DNA of 64,000 nt from Chrysomallon squamiferum (Eukaryota > Animalia > Mollusca). Location: NCBI GenBank assembly GCA_012295275.1, contig CM022669.1, positions 16,120,001 through 16,184,000 of the forward strand. The letters are read 5' to 3'. This document shows, one piece after another, positions 26,472-40,567 of this stretch; within the stretch, counting starts at the first letter, position 1, and the number at the start of each line of letters is the position of its first letter. The notes below the pieces were generated by a model. The model saw nothing but the letters and a program-made list of their open reading frames with translations. It was not told where the DNA came from and did no database searches. Position numbers and translations under genes: made by a program.

Positions 26472-27219
26472 GTAAGTCATTTACTGTGTCATTCTTTTCT
26501 TCACTATTTTTTTTTCTTATCAATTAAAACTATTTCAATGCTTTTGAAAACAACCGACAGAATGGAAGTGAACTTTATTATTCCCAGACCATAATTTTCG
26601 GTATATCAGGATATTTACAATAAAGAATTTAATATAATTTTAACATGACGATGTATTTATAATAGTGTACACAATGTATAAAGATATATACAATATCACT
26701 TGGGTATTTATGATAAATGTCAAAAAATAGAAAGAAAAAAGATGCAATGGTACCACCGGTGTTGGTAACATCAGTTTGATGTAATTGGTTCACGTGTTTT
26801 CTGAGTAAGTCATTTACTGTGTCATTCTTTTCTTCACTATTTTATTTTATTTTTTCTCATGTTTTAACATTATTTCAATGCTTTTGAAAATAACCGACTG
26901 AATCGAACTGAACATTATTACACTCAGACCATAATTTTCAATGGATCAGGATATTTACAATGCATTTATAACATAACGATGCATTTATAATAACCATCAA
27001 CACTGTAAAGATATATACAACAGCACCAGTGTCGAGCAATATCAGTTTGATGTAATTGGTTCACATGTTTTTCGGAGTAACTCGAACTTACTTCGTGATA
27101 ATTACAAACAAAACGACAACCTCGCAGCATAGGTATTATTCTCGTTTGTTATGTTATACACATCATCGCTAATTAAATATTCGCGGAATCTTGAAATCTT
27201 GTTCAAATACTACCAAATT

Positions 27220-27248
27220 AATGTTCGGATAACCGAGGTTTCACTGTA
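27220..27248 (-). mobile_element. Tc1/mariner-superfamily TIR remnant (copies at ~43854-43880 and ~61786-61812)
   Basis: TA-CAGTGAAACCTCGGTTATCCGAACA resembles a pogo/Tigger MITE terminus. No partner TIR was identified. Confidence 0.4.
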
Positions 27249-28461
27249 AGTAAATATTAAAGATGGTGTTGTATACACAAAGCAGACAGTCAAACGGACA
27301 AAGACACACTGATAGACAGAGCTACGGAAATCAAGCAAGAAAGAGTACGCACAAGTATGTATGAATGTGTGTGCATGTGCATATGTGTGTGTGAGAGTGT
27401 GTGTATGAGTGTGTGTGTGTGTCTGTGTGTGTAATAACACTAGTGATAGCAATAACAATAATAAAATAGTTTTAGAAGAACAAGAAGAAGAAGAGGAAAG
27501 AGAAGAAACATTAATGAAACTGGTAGGAGTAGCAGTAGCTATAACAGTAATGTAAATAATATACGTAGTAGTAGTAGTAGTAGTAAAAATACGAGTTGTA
27601 GTAGTGATAGCAATAATAATTTAGTAATAATACCGGAAATATTAGTTTGTCGTAGAAGTAACAGATATAGGTTTATAGCAGTATTAGTGTCAGTTACTGT
27701 AGTAGTAGCAATATTGGTAATAACAGTAGCTAGGAAAGCAACATCAGAATTAATAAAAGTAGTATAATTAGTAATAGCAGAAATAACAGTACTAGAAGCT
27801 AGAGATGTACTAGTATTCCAGCAATAGCAGCAATATTTAATATATTGTCAGTAACAGCTCTAGATTTAGTAGTGGTGGTACTAGTATTAGTACTTTCTTT
27901 TGTTTATGGAATAGTGGTACTTTATCAAGCCCTGAAGATGTTCAAAATAGTGGTGGAAGATACATTGGAAGTAACTAACTAGCTAACTAACTAAATAAAT
28001 AAATAAATAAATAAATGTTTTCTGGATCTTGGCAATCCATTTTCATACACAAACCTCACCTGTGATGACTTACCGATGATATCTGAATGCCGATTTTTAA
28101 AAAATGTATTTATTTATTTATTTGTTTTTCTGTTTTATGATGTAAATTTTATTACTGGTATTTGTTTATTTACCAAACAAACCACCCCAGTCATATAAAA
28201 GAGATTATAAAAAGGCAACAGCTTGTGTTGCTTCGTTAGTGTGTTGGATATTACATAAAATTTCAAGTGCCCTGAATACAGTATTAAATAGTCAGGATAC
28301 ATCAGCCAAACACTAGAATTGCATGTACTTTCGTTAAACTTTGTTCAGTCTATTAATCTTTTATTATAATAATAAGAATAATAATAATAATAATATAAAG
28401 TTTTCAAATATTTAGGTGTGACAATCTAATAAATATGAACATCTGCATAACACTATATCTA

Positions 28462-28528
<67 letters not shown>

Positions 28529-29236
28529 ATATATATATATATATATAAACAAAATAAGAATATAAATATTTAGATAGATAGACAGGTCAATAGAGAGATG
28601 ATTTAAAGTGTTACAATAGTAATGAATAAACGAATATAGGGATATATCTTAAAATAGGTGACATTTTAACATTTGGTAGTAATTAAAAAAATGAAAAGAA
28701 ATGTAATTATGTTACATAATACACAACACATATTTGTTACATTGTTAATTCAAGTCGTACTCAGTTATATTATTGTGGTTGTTGTAGTTCTTGTTGTTGT
28801 TGCTGCTGTTAACATGATCATCTGTAATATAGAAGAAATATGTGGAAAAAGTTAAAAATAACTAAACAAAACAGAAATAACAAGAACAACAAAATACTCC
28901 ATTAAAAACACTGCCAAGACCTTCATCTGACACCAATGCACACACACGCACACGCACACACACACACACACACACTGTTTTTAGTGCATTATAAAAAGGA
29001 TTTACTACGTAGTTTCTGACATTTTTTTTTTAATAATAACTAGGGTTTTGGAGGTAATTCTATTTTTATGAGATAGCCTAACAAGATATTTTTGGAAAGA
29101 TAGCAGAAAAGTAAACAATAATAAGATAAAAACAAACAAAAAGCATGTTTTCATTCCTTTTATCTACATGTGACACAAGAACTGTCATAATTAAATTTTA
29201 ATACACGTATTTTTCAGAAGTTACAATCCGAAGAAA

Positions 29237-30514
29237 ATGAAGAAGGTTTATGGAATTATACCAGTGAGCTCTCTCTTGATTGGCGTTTATCTCCTGTCAT
29301 CACTGAACTACGTACCAAATATTACCAAAAAGCAGACTGTCAAAGATACTAATAATACTGCAGTTAGGAAACGTATTTTTCTCAAAAGCAATCCGAATTG
29401 GTCGTGGTTTCAGACAGATACCAATAATGCTGCAGATAGAAAACGTATTTTATTCAAAAACAATCCGAATAAGCCATGGTCTAAGACAGATACTAATAAT
29501 GCTACAGTTAGAAAACGTATTTTTCTCAAAACCAATCCGAATAAGCCATGGTCTAAGACAGATACTAATAATGCTACAGTTAGAAAACGTATTTTTCTGA
29601 AAAACAATCCGAATTGGTCATGGTTTCCGACAGCTATCACGGAATTAGAATCATGCCCAGGTAATTGCTCTCTAGAAATGACGGGAAGGAATCTAACTGG
29701 TTATGATGCTGTTATATTCTATGCCGTGGGATACACAGAGGAATTACCTCCTCCGAAGATTCCCGGTCAAATCTGGATTTTTTTCACCATGGAATCCCCT
29801 CATCACACGTCGGGAAAACAATTTAAAAACAAGGAATGGAGAGAAAAATTCAACTGGACTATGACGTACAGATTAGATGCTGATGTTGCTTATCCGTATG
29901 GAAGTATAAACAGAAGAAAGACTCCTGTAAGTTTAGATTTTTCAGACGTTGTAAAGCACAAAACGAAGCTGGCTGCATGGTTTGTTAGTAACTGCGAAAC
30001 TCCAAGTCGACGTGAGGAATATGTACGTGAGTTGAAGAAGTTTATTTCTGTGGACATTTATGGAGGATGCGGTGACAAGAAATGCCCGAGAACTAACGAT
30101 AATTGCAATTTACTGCTCACGAGGGATTATAAGTTTTATTTGGCTTTCGAAAACAGTTTGTGTTATGATTACGTTACTGAAAAATCGTTTGGCTATATTC
30201 AACTTGATATTGTGTTAGTAGTAAGAGGTGGAGCGAATTATACAAAATGTCTGCCACCAAAGTCTTACATCAATACAGCAGATTTTAAGAGTCCTAAACA
30301 TTTAGCTGAATATCTTCTTTATTTAAACAAGAATGAAACAGCCTATGTCGAGTTTTTGGAATGGAAAAAGTATTATACGTCTGGAAAAAGCCATGTTGGT
30401 GTCTGTGAACTGTGCAAGAAACTTCATAATCCCGTTGTAAAAGAGAAAGTGTATCCTGACATCCATTCTTGGTATTTTGTTAATAAATGTTTTCCTCCAA
30501 AAGATTTAAGTTGA
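29237..30514 (+). CDS. Alpha-1,3-fucosyltransferase (GT10) copy B1, 425 aa, with a tandemly repeated stem
   Basis: ATG start, TM segment YGIIPVSSLLIGVYLLSSL and motif YKFYLAFENSLCYDYVTEK. The acceptor tttttcag is at 29210-29217 and AATAAA is at 30521. Confidence 0.95.
   Translation: MKKVYGIIPVSSLLIGVYLLSSLNYVPNITKKQTVKDTNNTAVRKRIFLKSNPNWSWFQTDTNNAADRKRILFKNNPNKPWSKTDTNNATVRKRIFLKTNPNKPWSKTDTNNATVRKRIFLKNNPNWSWFPTAITELESCPGNCSLEMTGRNLTGYDAVIFYAVGYTEELPPPKIPGQIWIFFTMESPHHTSGKQFKNKEWREKFNWTMTYRLDADVAYPYGSINRRKTPVSLDFSDVVKHKTKLAAWFVSNCETPSRREEYVRELKKFISVDIYGGCGDKKCPRTNDNCNLLLTRDYKFYLAFENSLCYDYVTEKSFGYIQLDIVLVVRGGANYTKCLPPKSYINTADFKSPKHLAEYLLYLNKNETAYVEFLEWKKYYTSGKSHVGVCELCKKLHNPVVKEKVYPDIHSWYFVNKCFPPKDLS
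29342..29629 (+). repeat. Coding minisatellite, 4 x 72 nt (24 aa)
   Basis: Units start at 29342, 29414, 29486 and 29558, with consensus (K/T)DTNN(T/A)(A/T)(V/D)RKRI(FL/LF)KxNPN(WSWF/KPWS)x. Confidence 0.95.
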
Positions 30515-30673
30515 AGTAGCAATAAAGTGTGTTGTTTAATACACACTAATTTTATTAGTATTGTGAATGAACAACAGCAGTAGGGGTAATGGTTGATATA
30601 ACACTAGTAATGGTCGTAGTTGTATTGAAAATAGCAATAGCAGCAAGAGAAAAATAGTAGGTGTTTATACATG

Positions 30674-30749
<76 letters not shown>

Positions 30750-31947
30750 CACATAAATATAAATGGTCAACGATGATTAAGTAAAAAGTACCTATATCAC
30801 GAACTGCTGTATTTTCAATATGTTTGTCTGAATATGTTCGAAGAAAAAGCCCGTGCATGTTCTTTTCACATCCGGCTGAAAGTATTAATTTTATTTAGAA
30901 ATCAACCAGTTTTTGACTGATAAAATATAACTCGACTAGGAGGACTGGCGGTAGTATCATTTTCTTAATAAAGAAATATTAAAAGAAAAAGCTGATGGAT
31001 TGATAAAACGTTTTTGTGAATGGTTTGTTGAGAACTGACTGTAACTGGTAAGCAGGACCAACATTCGTGAAAGCTTTACAGGTTTGTAGGCTACTAGATC
31101 GTTGGAAGCTTCTAAACGTTTTATTTCAAAACTAAACGGAAAGTAACTAAAATGTAATTCGTAAAACTCTGTTAGGAGCGTTGTTGCATGTTGGCGACAT
31201 TCAGTGCACAAGCAACAGCTGTCACATTCTTTAGTCGTACACCGGTAGCTGCGCCGACTCGGTGCAGTTTCAAACGATTGCTTTTCACCTGCGGCCATTA
31301 ATCATATTTAACTCTACCGTATATTCAGTTGTGATGGATATTATAGTAAATAATCGGCTTATTGTATCTGCGCGCACACACACACACATATGCACTCACA
31401 TACACACATATGCACTTACACACGCACCCAATTCTCTAACGTGTCCTGTGTTTTGCAGCTGCAGATGAAGACTACAGCAGATTTATAATAACCTGACACA
31501 GTGTTACTCATAAAATGCACAGCAGTTGCATGCAGGCGCTGATCCAGTGGTGAAGGAGGGAAGAGTTAATTGAAGGTGTGTGGATGTAATCTGAATCATG
31601 TGTGTGTATTGTTTGGTTTCTTAAAATTTAATTCCATTCTAGAAAACAGAAATACGTTTATTTATTACATTCATCAATAAAGTCAAACTGTCAGTTTTTC
31701 TATGCCGTTACATTTCCTGCAGCCGCAAAAGGCGGTCAAGCCCACCTCAAAACATTATTGACACGCCGTTTTTGGAATATCGTGTAAGTTAGTCAGGGTA
31801 GTCCAGTTTGTTAACCGTTGTCAGTGGAAGATGAATGATTTAAACAACAAGCACACATTACAGACTGTAACTAAATAAAACAATTTCAAATATAGATACG
31901 CATATGACAAAATGTCGAATTCAATTAAAAACGTTTTATTTTTTTTT

Positions 31948-31987
<40 letters not shown>

Positions 31988-32406
31988 AGAAAACAAAAAA
32001 TATCAAGTATATATATATATATATTGTTTTGTTTTGTTTTACTGTATTGTATTGTATTGTATTTGTTTATTTTATTTATTTATTTATTTTTTGTTGTTGT
32101 TGTTTTTGTTTGTGTGTTTGTTTATTCATTTCGTCAATTTTCATTTGTTTTTAATTTTTTGGTTTATTTGTTTGTGTTGTTTTACTTCTTTTTTTTTGAC
32201 ACTAATACTGTTGTTGTTGGACACATCATCGTCTTCGTTTGTTTGTTGCCGTTGTTATTTTTATTAATATAGTTGTTGTCACTGTGCTCTTTTCAATGTT
32301 CTTATTTTTATTGTTAATATTATTATTAATTTAGTATTATTACTATTATTATTATTATTATTATAATTATTAATTTATTATTATTTTTTTATTATTTTTG
32401 TTATTA

Positions 32407-32438
<32 letters not shown>

Positions 32439-32439
32439 G

Positions 32440-32489
<50 letters not shown>

Positions 32490-33039
32490 GTAGGAAAGTG
32501 GTCCACACACTCAAAGTTTAACCTCTGTTTCGTGCCTGCACGATTGAATATAAGATTTGATTTACATTATATCCACTATAGTAGCACCATGAAAAAAGTA
32601 AACTTAATTTACAGTATTAGACTAAGATGTTGATTTAACCGAGTAAAATATAATAAAATGATAAAACTAGGTTCAATTTACTATACTGACATTTGTTTTT
32701 AACTAGATAAATTATAATAACGTGATAAACCTGATGTTTTAATTTTTTGTACTAATTTTTTGTAAACACATATAATTACATGAGATGAGATATTGTCACA
32801 AATACCTAGCCAAGAATGACACAGCCTATGTTGAATATTACAATGGAAAAATTATTACACTGTTGGAGAAAGGCTTATAGGAGCTTGTGAACTTTGCAAA
32901 AAGCTTCATGGACCCACTTTGAAACCAAAAGTATATCCTGATATTCATTCTTCGTAATACGGTCATACATGCTACATTCGAAAAGACTGGGGAAAAACAG
33001 TGACTCAAAAAATTATAATTATATGACAATGACAATGAC

Positions 33040-33103
<64 letters not shown>

Positions 33104-33859
33104 TAACAATAACAACAACAACAACAGTAAAATAAATTGTTATACTCTAATAAACGAAGAAAAAAGAATATAATTAACTGTAGTGTTTTTGATTTTTAGA
33201 ATTATTTAAGCTTCAAAAAAGTTATTAAACGGACAGTTGTGTGTATATATGACGCACAAATTTGATTGCTATTATTATTATTGTTCTTGCTGCTGCTTTT
33301 TAGTGGTCTTGGTGATGTACCTATGTGCTAGCTGGCAAAAGCGATAACGACGACAATTACGATGTCCTTTAACTCCTTTAACTACATTATTCATTAAATT
33401 CAGTTTCCTTCTTTGAGCAAACATTCAGACATTATTTATTTATTTATTTATTTATTCGTTTTAAATGTAGAACTGTTTTATATATTAATCAATAAATTCT
33501 TAAGGCAACTGTGCATACTGTTTGTTTTTGTTTTGTTTACCATGCAAATACACGTGCGAAATAACCCATGGTCACGATAATGTCCTCCTGAAAATAATCC
33601 TCTCAGCGTAAAGCCATCTGTTGTACATATTCAGCTCCTAACAGGTACCAGCATGTACCACGAATCGCATTAATTATATTTGTGTATCACCGTAAGATCA
33701 CTGCATAAACGAACGCGGAGATCCTCGCTGAACTGTAATCTGTAAAACAAACAAGAGTAGTAATATAAAATATGTGTTTATTCATCTGTTCTCGAGACAT
33801 GCCTGTCACGAATGACTGTAACATAATACTTAATTGAAAATAAATGGATTTTTCTTCTC

Positions 33860-33985
<126 letters not shown>

Positions 33986-34220
33986 ATCTCTCTTTCCCTT
34001 GTTACGGTGTCAGTGAAAACATGAAAAAATATTTATTTCATATTCATTACCATCAAAATTACTGTAATCCGTTCGATATTCTGTACACAAAACTACGACT
34101 TCTGATTCTAAATTATTATTCTGAAATAAATAGGAAACAAACAAGAGTATAATATAAAATATATGTTTATTCATCTTTTAGGAATGAAATAAATTAAAGA
34201 GAACAACAAGACGACTATAA

Positions 34221-34251
<31 letters not shown>

Positions 34252-34884
34252 AACAACAACAATAATAATAATAAATTAAATAAATAAAATAAAATAAAAA
34301 ATAAAAATAAAAATAAAATAAAATAAAACATAAGAAACACGGAACAAACAGACTACTACTGTTACTACCATTACTACTAACAATAATATTAATAATAATA
34401 CTGAGAAGAAGAAAGAAATGTCTTATTTAACGACGCACTCACGACATTTTAAACCCACAGGTATTCACATTCCTTACCATTAAGCTGCTGAATTCATTTG
34501 TCTCAAAAATTGTTAAAACCTCCAGAAGTCTTGTGTGGCTCGAAAAGAGTCGAAATTTCTTTCAAAATTAAAGCTGTTAAATTACATGTTATCAACTCGA
34601 GGCTAGTGAAAAGTTATTTAATGCAAAAGCTTAAACATTTTATTCATAACATCTTTATAAAGTTCCCACATTATAACAAACTGTTAAATCCTGTGATTAT
34701 AAAGAAAAAGATCATACCAGAACTGTTATTAACTTTTATCACAGAGCGTTCAGATTTCAAAACAACTGCAGTTAGGCAATATTGTCATTGATACGTAACT
34801 ACTGATTGGTTACAGGTTGGTATTAAACGAGTTTCGATGAATTTTCACCAATAAATAAATAAATAAATAAATAATACAGTTATT

Positions 34885-36005
34885 TTAGTATAAATCTTTT
34901 GGAGGAAAACATTTACTAACAAAATACCAAGAATGATTGTCAAATACACTTTATCTTTTACAACAGGATTATGAAGTTTCTTGAAAAGGTCGCGGATACC
35001 AACAGGATTTTTTTGCAAACGTATAGTATTTTTTCGAGTCCAAAAATTCGACATAGACTGAGTTCATTCTTGTTTAAATAAAGAAGATATTCAGCTAAAT
35101 GTTTGAGTACTTTTAAAATCTGCTGTATTGATGTATGACTTTGCTGGTAGGAAATTTTGTATAATTCGCTCCACCTCTTACTACTAGCACAATATCAAGT
35201 TGCATATACTGGAATGATTTTTCTGTAACGTAATCGTAACAGAAACTGTTTTCAAACGCCAAATAAAACTTATAATCCCTCGTGAGCAGTAAATTGCAAT
35301 TGTCTTTACTATTATGGCACTTTTTATCACCGCATCTTCAATAAATGTCCACAGAAATAAACTTCTTCAACTCACGTACATATTCTTCACGTCGACTCTG
35401 AGTTCCGCAGTTACTAACAAACCATGCAGCCAGCTTCGTTTTGTGCTTTGCAACATCTGAAAAATCTAAACTTACAGGACTCTTCCTTCTGTTTATACTT
35501 CCATACGGATAAGGAATATCAGCATCTAATCTGTACGTCATAGTCCAGTTGAATTTGTTTCTCCATGCCTTGTTTTTAAATTGTTTACCCCACGTTGATG
35601 AGGAGATTCAATGGTGAAAAATATCCAGATTTGTCAGGGAATCTTTGGAGGAGGTAATTCCTGTCTGTATGCCACGGCGAAGAATATGACAGCATCATAA
35701 CCAGTTAGATTCCTTCCCGATTTAGACAGATTACAATTAGCTTCACGCGATTTCAGCTCTTCGACTGCTAAGTGAAACCAAGACCATCTTGGATTATTCA
35801 TTAGAAAAATAGGTTTAGTGACTGGTATAATTTCCTTGATCGTTGTCGACTCGTTCGAAACTGTTTTGTTTTCCCCACTAAAAGTAAAACTAAGACAGGA
35901 ATAGTTGGATGAAATGGAAACTACCCAAAATATATTCCAGACAGACTGACATTGCCTCGATAAATCATTAACAACAATTTTCCCTGTTTCTTGGGATCAC
36001 AAAAT
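34885..36005 (-). pseudogene. Decayed FucT pseudogene with a divergent N-terminus and a B-type catalytic part
   Basis: It reads PIFLMNNPRWSWFHLAVEELKS...GRNLTGYDAVIFFAVAYRQELPPPKIP*QIW, with TGA at 35634-35636, a second TGA after DIY (35338-35340) and small indels, and ends CFPPKDLY*. A candidate acceptor tttctttggcag is at 36006-36017. Confidence 0.92.
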
Positions 36006-36237
36006 CTGCCAAAGAAATTTCATGTTATTACATTTAACCTGGTTAATTAACAAGGTTAATGTAATAAATTAAACCTGCCTTGATTTTACTCGTTTAAATT
36101 AAAAATCTTAGTTTATCGCAGGCAGATAGACGGACACCAAACTTTGAGTTTGTTTCTGAAAATCGAACAAACGAATAAACAAACACAAAAACAAAAATAA
36201 ATAGAATGGAATAGAATAAAACAAAATAAATAAATGC

Positions 36238-36289
<52 letters not shown>

Positions 36290-38236
36290 AGAAAAAATAA
36301 TACGTTACAAATTTAATTCGACATTATATCAGTATGCGTATCTATATTTGAAATTGTTTTATTTAGTTACCGTACGTAATGTGTGTTTGTTGTTTAAATC
36401 ATTCACCTTCCACTGAAAGGTTAATAAAATCGGATTACCTTGACTAAGTTACACGATATTCCTAAAAGGTCGTGTCACTAATGTTCTGAGGTTGGGTTGA
36501 ACGACTTTTACGGCTGAAGGAAATATAATAGTAAAGAAAAACTAACTGCATTGTAAAGAGACGGATAGTTTGACTTTACTGATGAATGAAATAAATATAC
36601 GTATTTCTGTTTAAAAAACACAAACAACACAAACATGATTCAGATTATATCCACACACCTTTAACTCTTCACACCTTCACCACTGGATCAGCGCCTGCCT
36701 GTAACTGCTGTGCATTTTATGAGTAACACTGTGTCAGGTTATTATAAATATTTTGTAGCTTTCGTTTGATTTGTTGTAGTTGCAACAAATGATCTGCACA
36801 GGACACGTAAAGAATGTAGCGTATACATGGCCGTAACTACACTGAAGCAAATGAGGTAAATACTTCACACCGATACTGAATATAAATCTATAATCCTGTA
36901 GAAACGATATCCACTGAATGAACTCGTTTGCCTACGGTTATCGTTAGAAGTCGGCTCCCAGACACCTCGCCCAATGTTTTTCTTTTTCCCCCGACTCCGC
37001 TCGGCGATTAAGTGTAATTGCCTTATTTCATTCTAATCTTTACAGAGCCAAACGACGACAACAACAACAATAACAATAATAATAATAATAATAATAACAA
37101 CAACAACAACAACAACAACAACAAAACCAGCAACAACAGTAATAACATCAAATATAATATAAAATAAACTAATGTTATTATTACATTATATAGTTTTCTC
37201 CCTTTTCTTTGATCATTTCTGTCTTCTATTTAGTTTTTAATGTTAAATATTAAAACAGTAATAGTAATTTAAATGAAAAACATTTCAATTTCATTAGACA
37301 TCGAATATCAACACTAGGAAACCACTCGAAAAGAAAAAGCGGAATAGGCACATTTGTATTTTATGTTGTCTGTGTGTGCGTGAGTGCGCACAAAAATACT
37401 ATACAGATTATTTGCCATTAAAAAGCAGTCCTTTGAAACTGACGAGTCGGTGCACCAACTGATGTGTGTCTAAAGAATTTGACAGCTGTTGCTCGTGCAT
37501 TGAATGTCGCCAACATACAGCAACGCTTTCAACAGAATTTTATGAATTACATTTTAGTTACTTTCCGTATAATTTCAAACTAAAACATGTAGAAGCTTTC
37601 TATGATCTAGTGACCTACAAAGTTATACACTTTCACGTATCATTGTCCTGCTTACTAGTTACAGTCAGCTGTCAACAAACCATTCACAAAAACTCTTTGT
37701 AATTTCATAATGTTTTTGTTTTTGTTATTCTTTATAAAGAAAATGAAGTTATATTTTTATCAGTCAAACATTGGTTGAATTTCAAATACCATTAATTCTA
37801 TCAGACGGATGTGAAAAGAACGTATACTGGCTTTTTCTTCGCACGATCAGACAAACATACAGAAAGTACAGCAGTTCGTGATGCAGGAATTTGTTATATA
37901 ATCATTGTTGAGTTTGTGTGTGTATATGTACCTGTACATGTATGTGTATGTGTTTACATCTGTGTATGTAGATTTATATGTAAATATGTATGTATGTATG
38001 TATGTATTTATGTATGTATGTATGTATGTATGAATGCATGTATGTATGTATGAATGTATGTATGTATCTGAGTATCTATAAATAACTACTATTATTATTT
38101 TGTTGTTGTTACTCTAATACTACTATACAACCATTACAATTGTCATTACAACCATTACTACTACTGCTGCTGTTCATTCACAATACTAAATGTAATAGAA
38201 TCAGTCTGCTTTAAACAACACATCTTAAATGTTACT

Positions 38237-39379
38237 TCAACTTAAATCTTTTGGAGGAAAACATTTATTAACAAAATACCAAGAATGGATGTCCGGATAC
38301 ACTTTCTCTTTTACAACGGGATTATGAAGTTTCTTGCACAGTTCGCAGATTCCAACGTGTCTTTTTCCACAGGTATAGTACTTTTTCCATTCCAAAAACT
38401 CTACATAGGCTGTGTCATTCTTGTTTAAATAAAGAAGATATTCAGCTAAATGTTTGGGACTTTTAAAATCTGCTGTATTGATGTAGGACTTTGGTGGCAG
38501 AAATTTTGTATAATTCGCTCCACCTCTTACTACTAGCACAATATCAAGCTGCATATAGCGGAATGATTTTTCTGTAACGTAATCGTAACAGAAACTGTTT
38601 TCAAACGCCAAATAAAACTTATAATTCCTCGTGAGCAGTAAATTGCAATTGTCTTTACTATTATGGCACTTTTTATCACCGCATTTTCCATAAATGTCCA
38701 CAGAAATAAACTTCTTCAACTCACGTACATATTTTTCACGTCGACTCTGAGTTTTGCAGTTACTAACAAACCATGCAGCCAGCTTCGTTTTGTGCTTTAC
38801 AACGTCTGAAAAATCTAAATTTACAGGATTCTTTCTTCTGTTTATAATTCCATACGGATAACGAACATCAGCATCTAATCTGTACGTCATAGTCCAGTTG
38901 AATTTTTCTCTCCATTCCTTGTTTTTAAATTGTTTTCCCCTTGTGTGAGGAGGAGATTCAATGGTGAAAAAAATCCAGATTTGACCGGGAATCTTTGGAG
39001 GAGGTAATTCCTGTGTGTATCCCACGGCATAGAATATAACAGCATCATAACCAGTTAGATTCCTTCCCGTCTTTTCTAGAGAGCAATTACCTGGGCATGA
39101 TTCTAATTCCGTGATAGCTGCCTGAAACCACGGCCAATCCGGATTGTTTTTCAGAAAAATACGTTTTCTAACCGCAGTATTATTAGTATCTTTGTCAGGC
39201 GGCTTTGTGGTAATATTTTTAACTTTTTCTCCATGGCTGAAGATGAGTAGCGAATGATTGTATTGCAGATGGATCTTCAAAACAGACATTAAATTATTTG
39301 GTACGTAATTTAGTGATGACATGAGATAAAAGCCAATCAAGAGAGAAATCGCTGATATAATTCCACAAACTTTCTTCAT
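38237..39379 (-). CDS. Alpha-1,3-fucosyltransferase (GT10) copy B2, 380 aa
   Basis: Complete ORF with N-terminal TM and YKFYLAFENSFCYDYVTEK. The acceptor lies 20 nt upstream of the ATG (39400-39407). Confidence 0.95.
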   Translation of the reverse strand: MKKVCGIISAISLLIGFYLMSSLNYVPNNLMSVLKIHLQYNHSLLIFSHGEKVKNITTKPPDKDTNNTAVRKRIFLKNNPDWPWFQAAITELESCPGNCSLEKTGRNLTGYDAVIFYAVGYTQELPPPKIPGQIWIFFTIESPPHTRGKQFKNKEWREKFNWTMTYRLDADVRYPYGIINRRKNPVNLDFSDVVKHKTKLAAWFVSNCKTQSRREKYVRELKKFISVDIYGKCGDKKCHNSKDNCNLLLTRNYKFYLAFENSFCYDYVTEKSFRYMQLDIVLVVRGGANYTKFLPPKSYINTADFKSPKHLAEYLLYLNKNDTAYVEFLEWKKYYTCGKRHVGICELCKKLHNPVVKEKVYPDIHSWYFVNKCFPPKDLS

Positions 39380-40536
39380 TTTTCTTCAGATGATAACTTC
39401 TGAAAAATATATGTATTGAAATTTAATTATGACTGTTCTTGTGTCTTTTTGTTTTCTTCATTTTTCGCATTATTATTATTATTATTATTGTTTCCTTTTC
39501 TGCTACGTTTACTAAAATATCTTGTTAGGCTTTTCATAAGAGAGTATTGTGTGTGTGTGTGTGTGTTTCGGTATCAGTTGAGGGTATTGGTGGAATGTTG
39601 TATGGAGTTTTCTTTTTGTTTTCTTTGTTTTCTTGCTGTTTCTGTTTTGTTTAGTAATTTTTTTAAATTTTACCATCATATTTCTTCTATATAACAGGTT
39701 TTCACTAAAATTCCTGTCAGCTCGATATTCTCTTATTTTATATCTATCTGTCTATTCCTCTGTAGCAGTAGTTGTTGTAATATAATAATAATAATAATAA
39801 TATTAATAATAATAACAATAATAATAATAATAATAATAATGATTATGTTGACAACAACTACAACAACAAATATAATTAACAACATTACAAAAATATTTGG
39901 TGTATTATGTAACATAATTATATTGGTGTTTATTTATTTAATTACTACCAAATGTAAAAATAGGGACCTATTTTATAATATATGGTTATCTTGGTTGATT
40001 CAATACTGTTGTAACACTTTAAATCATCTATCTATCTATCTATCTATCTATTTATCTAAATGTGTATATTCTTATTTTCTTATATATATATAAAATGACT
40101 TACGTTAGTGAGATTTTACAGTGTCCGCTTCGTGGTAAAAAGACAAAAATTACATCAGTGAACAATTAAACAAGACACTGAATATACAGCTCCATATAAA
40201 TGTGTCAGATAAACAAATCAAAACACGATTTTTATCCGTAAAATACGATTACGTTTTACGACTAAATGAAATGAAAAGGCTTGTATTTATGCTCTTTAAA
40301 CATGGTTATTTGCAGTATGACGTCCAGGTTGTTATGATCGTGATAGTTGTCCTAAAAATAACCATCAGAACGATTTATAACTTGCCTCTGTTATTCGGGT
40401 GGTCGACGTCTAGCTACTGTTACTTGACACGCTATGTCAACTGGGTTCAGTAGTGACAAGAGTAGATAAACACAACTCCGAATTGGATACCATTGATAAT
40501 GTCACGAAGTATTTTTCAGAGTCTGAAATTTAATAA

Positions 40537-40567
<31 letters not shown>

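Noticed and set aside
29342-29629. CRISPR-like array
   Set aside because: Contiguous in-frame coding repeats with no unique spacers, no cas genes and a eukaryotic context.
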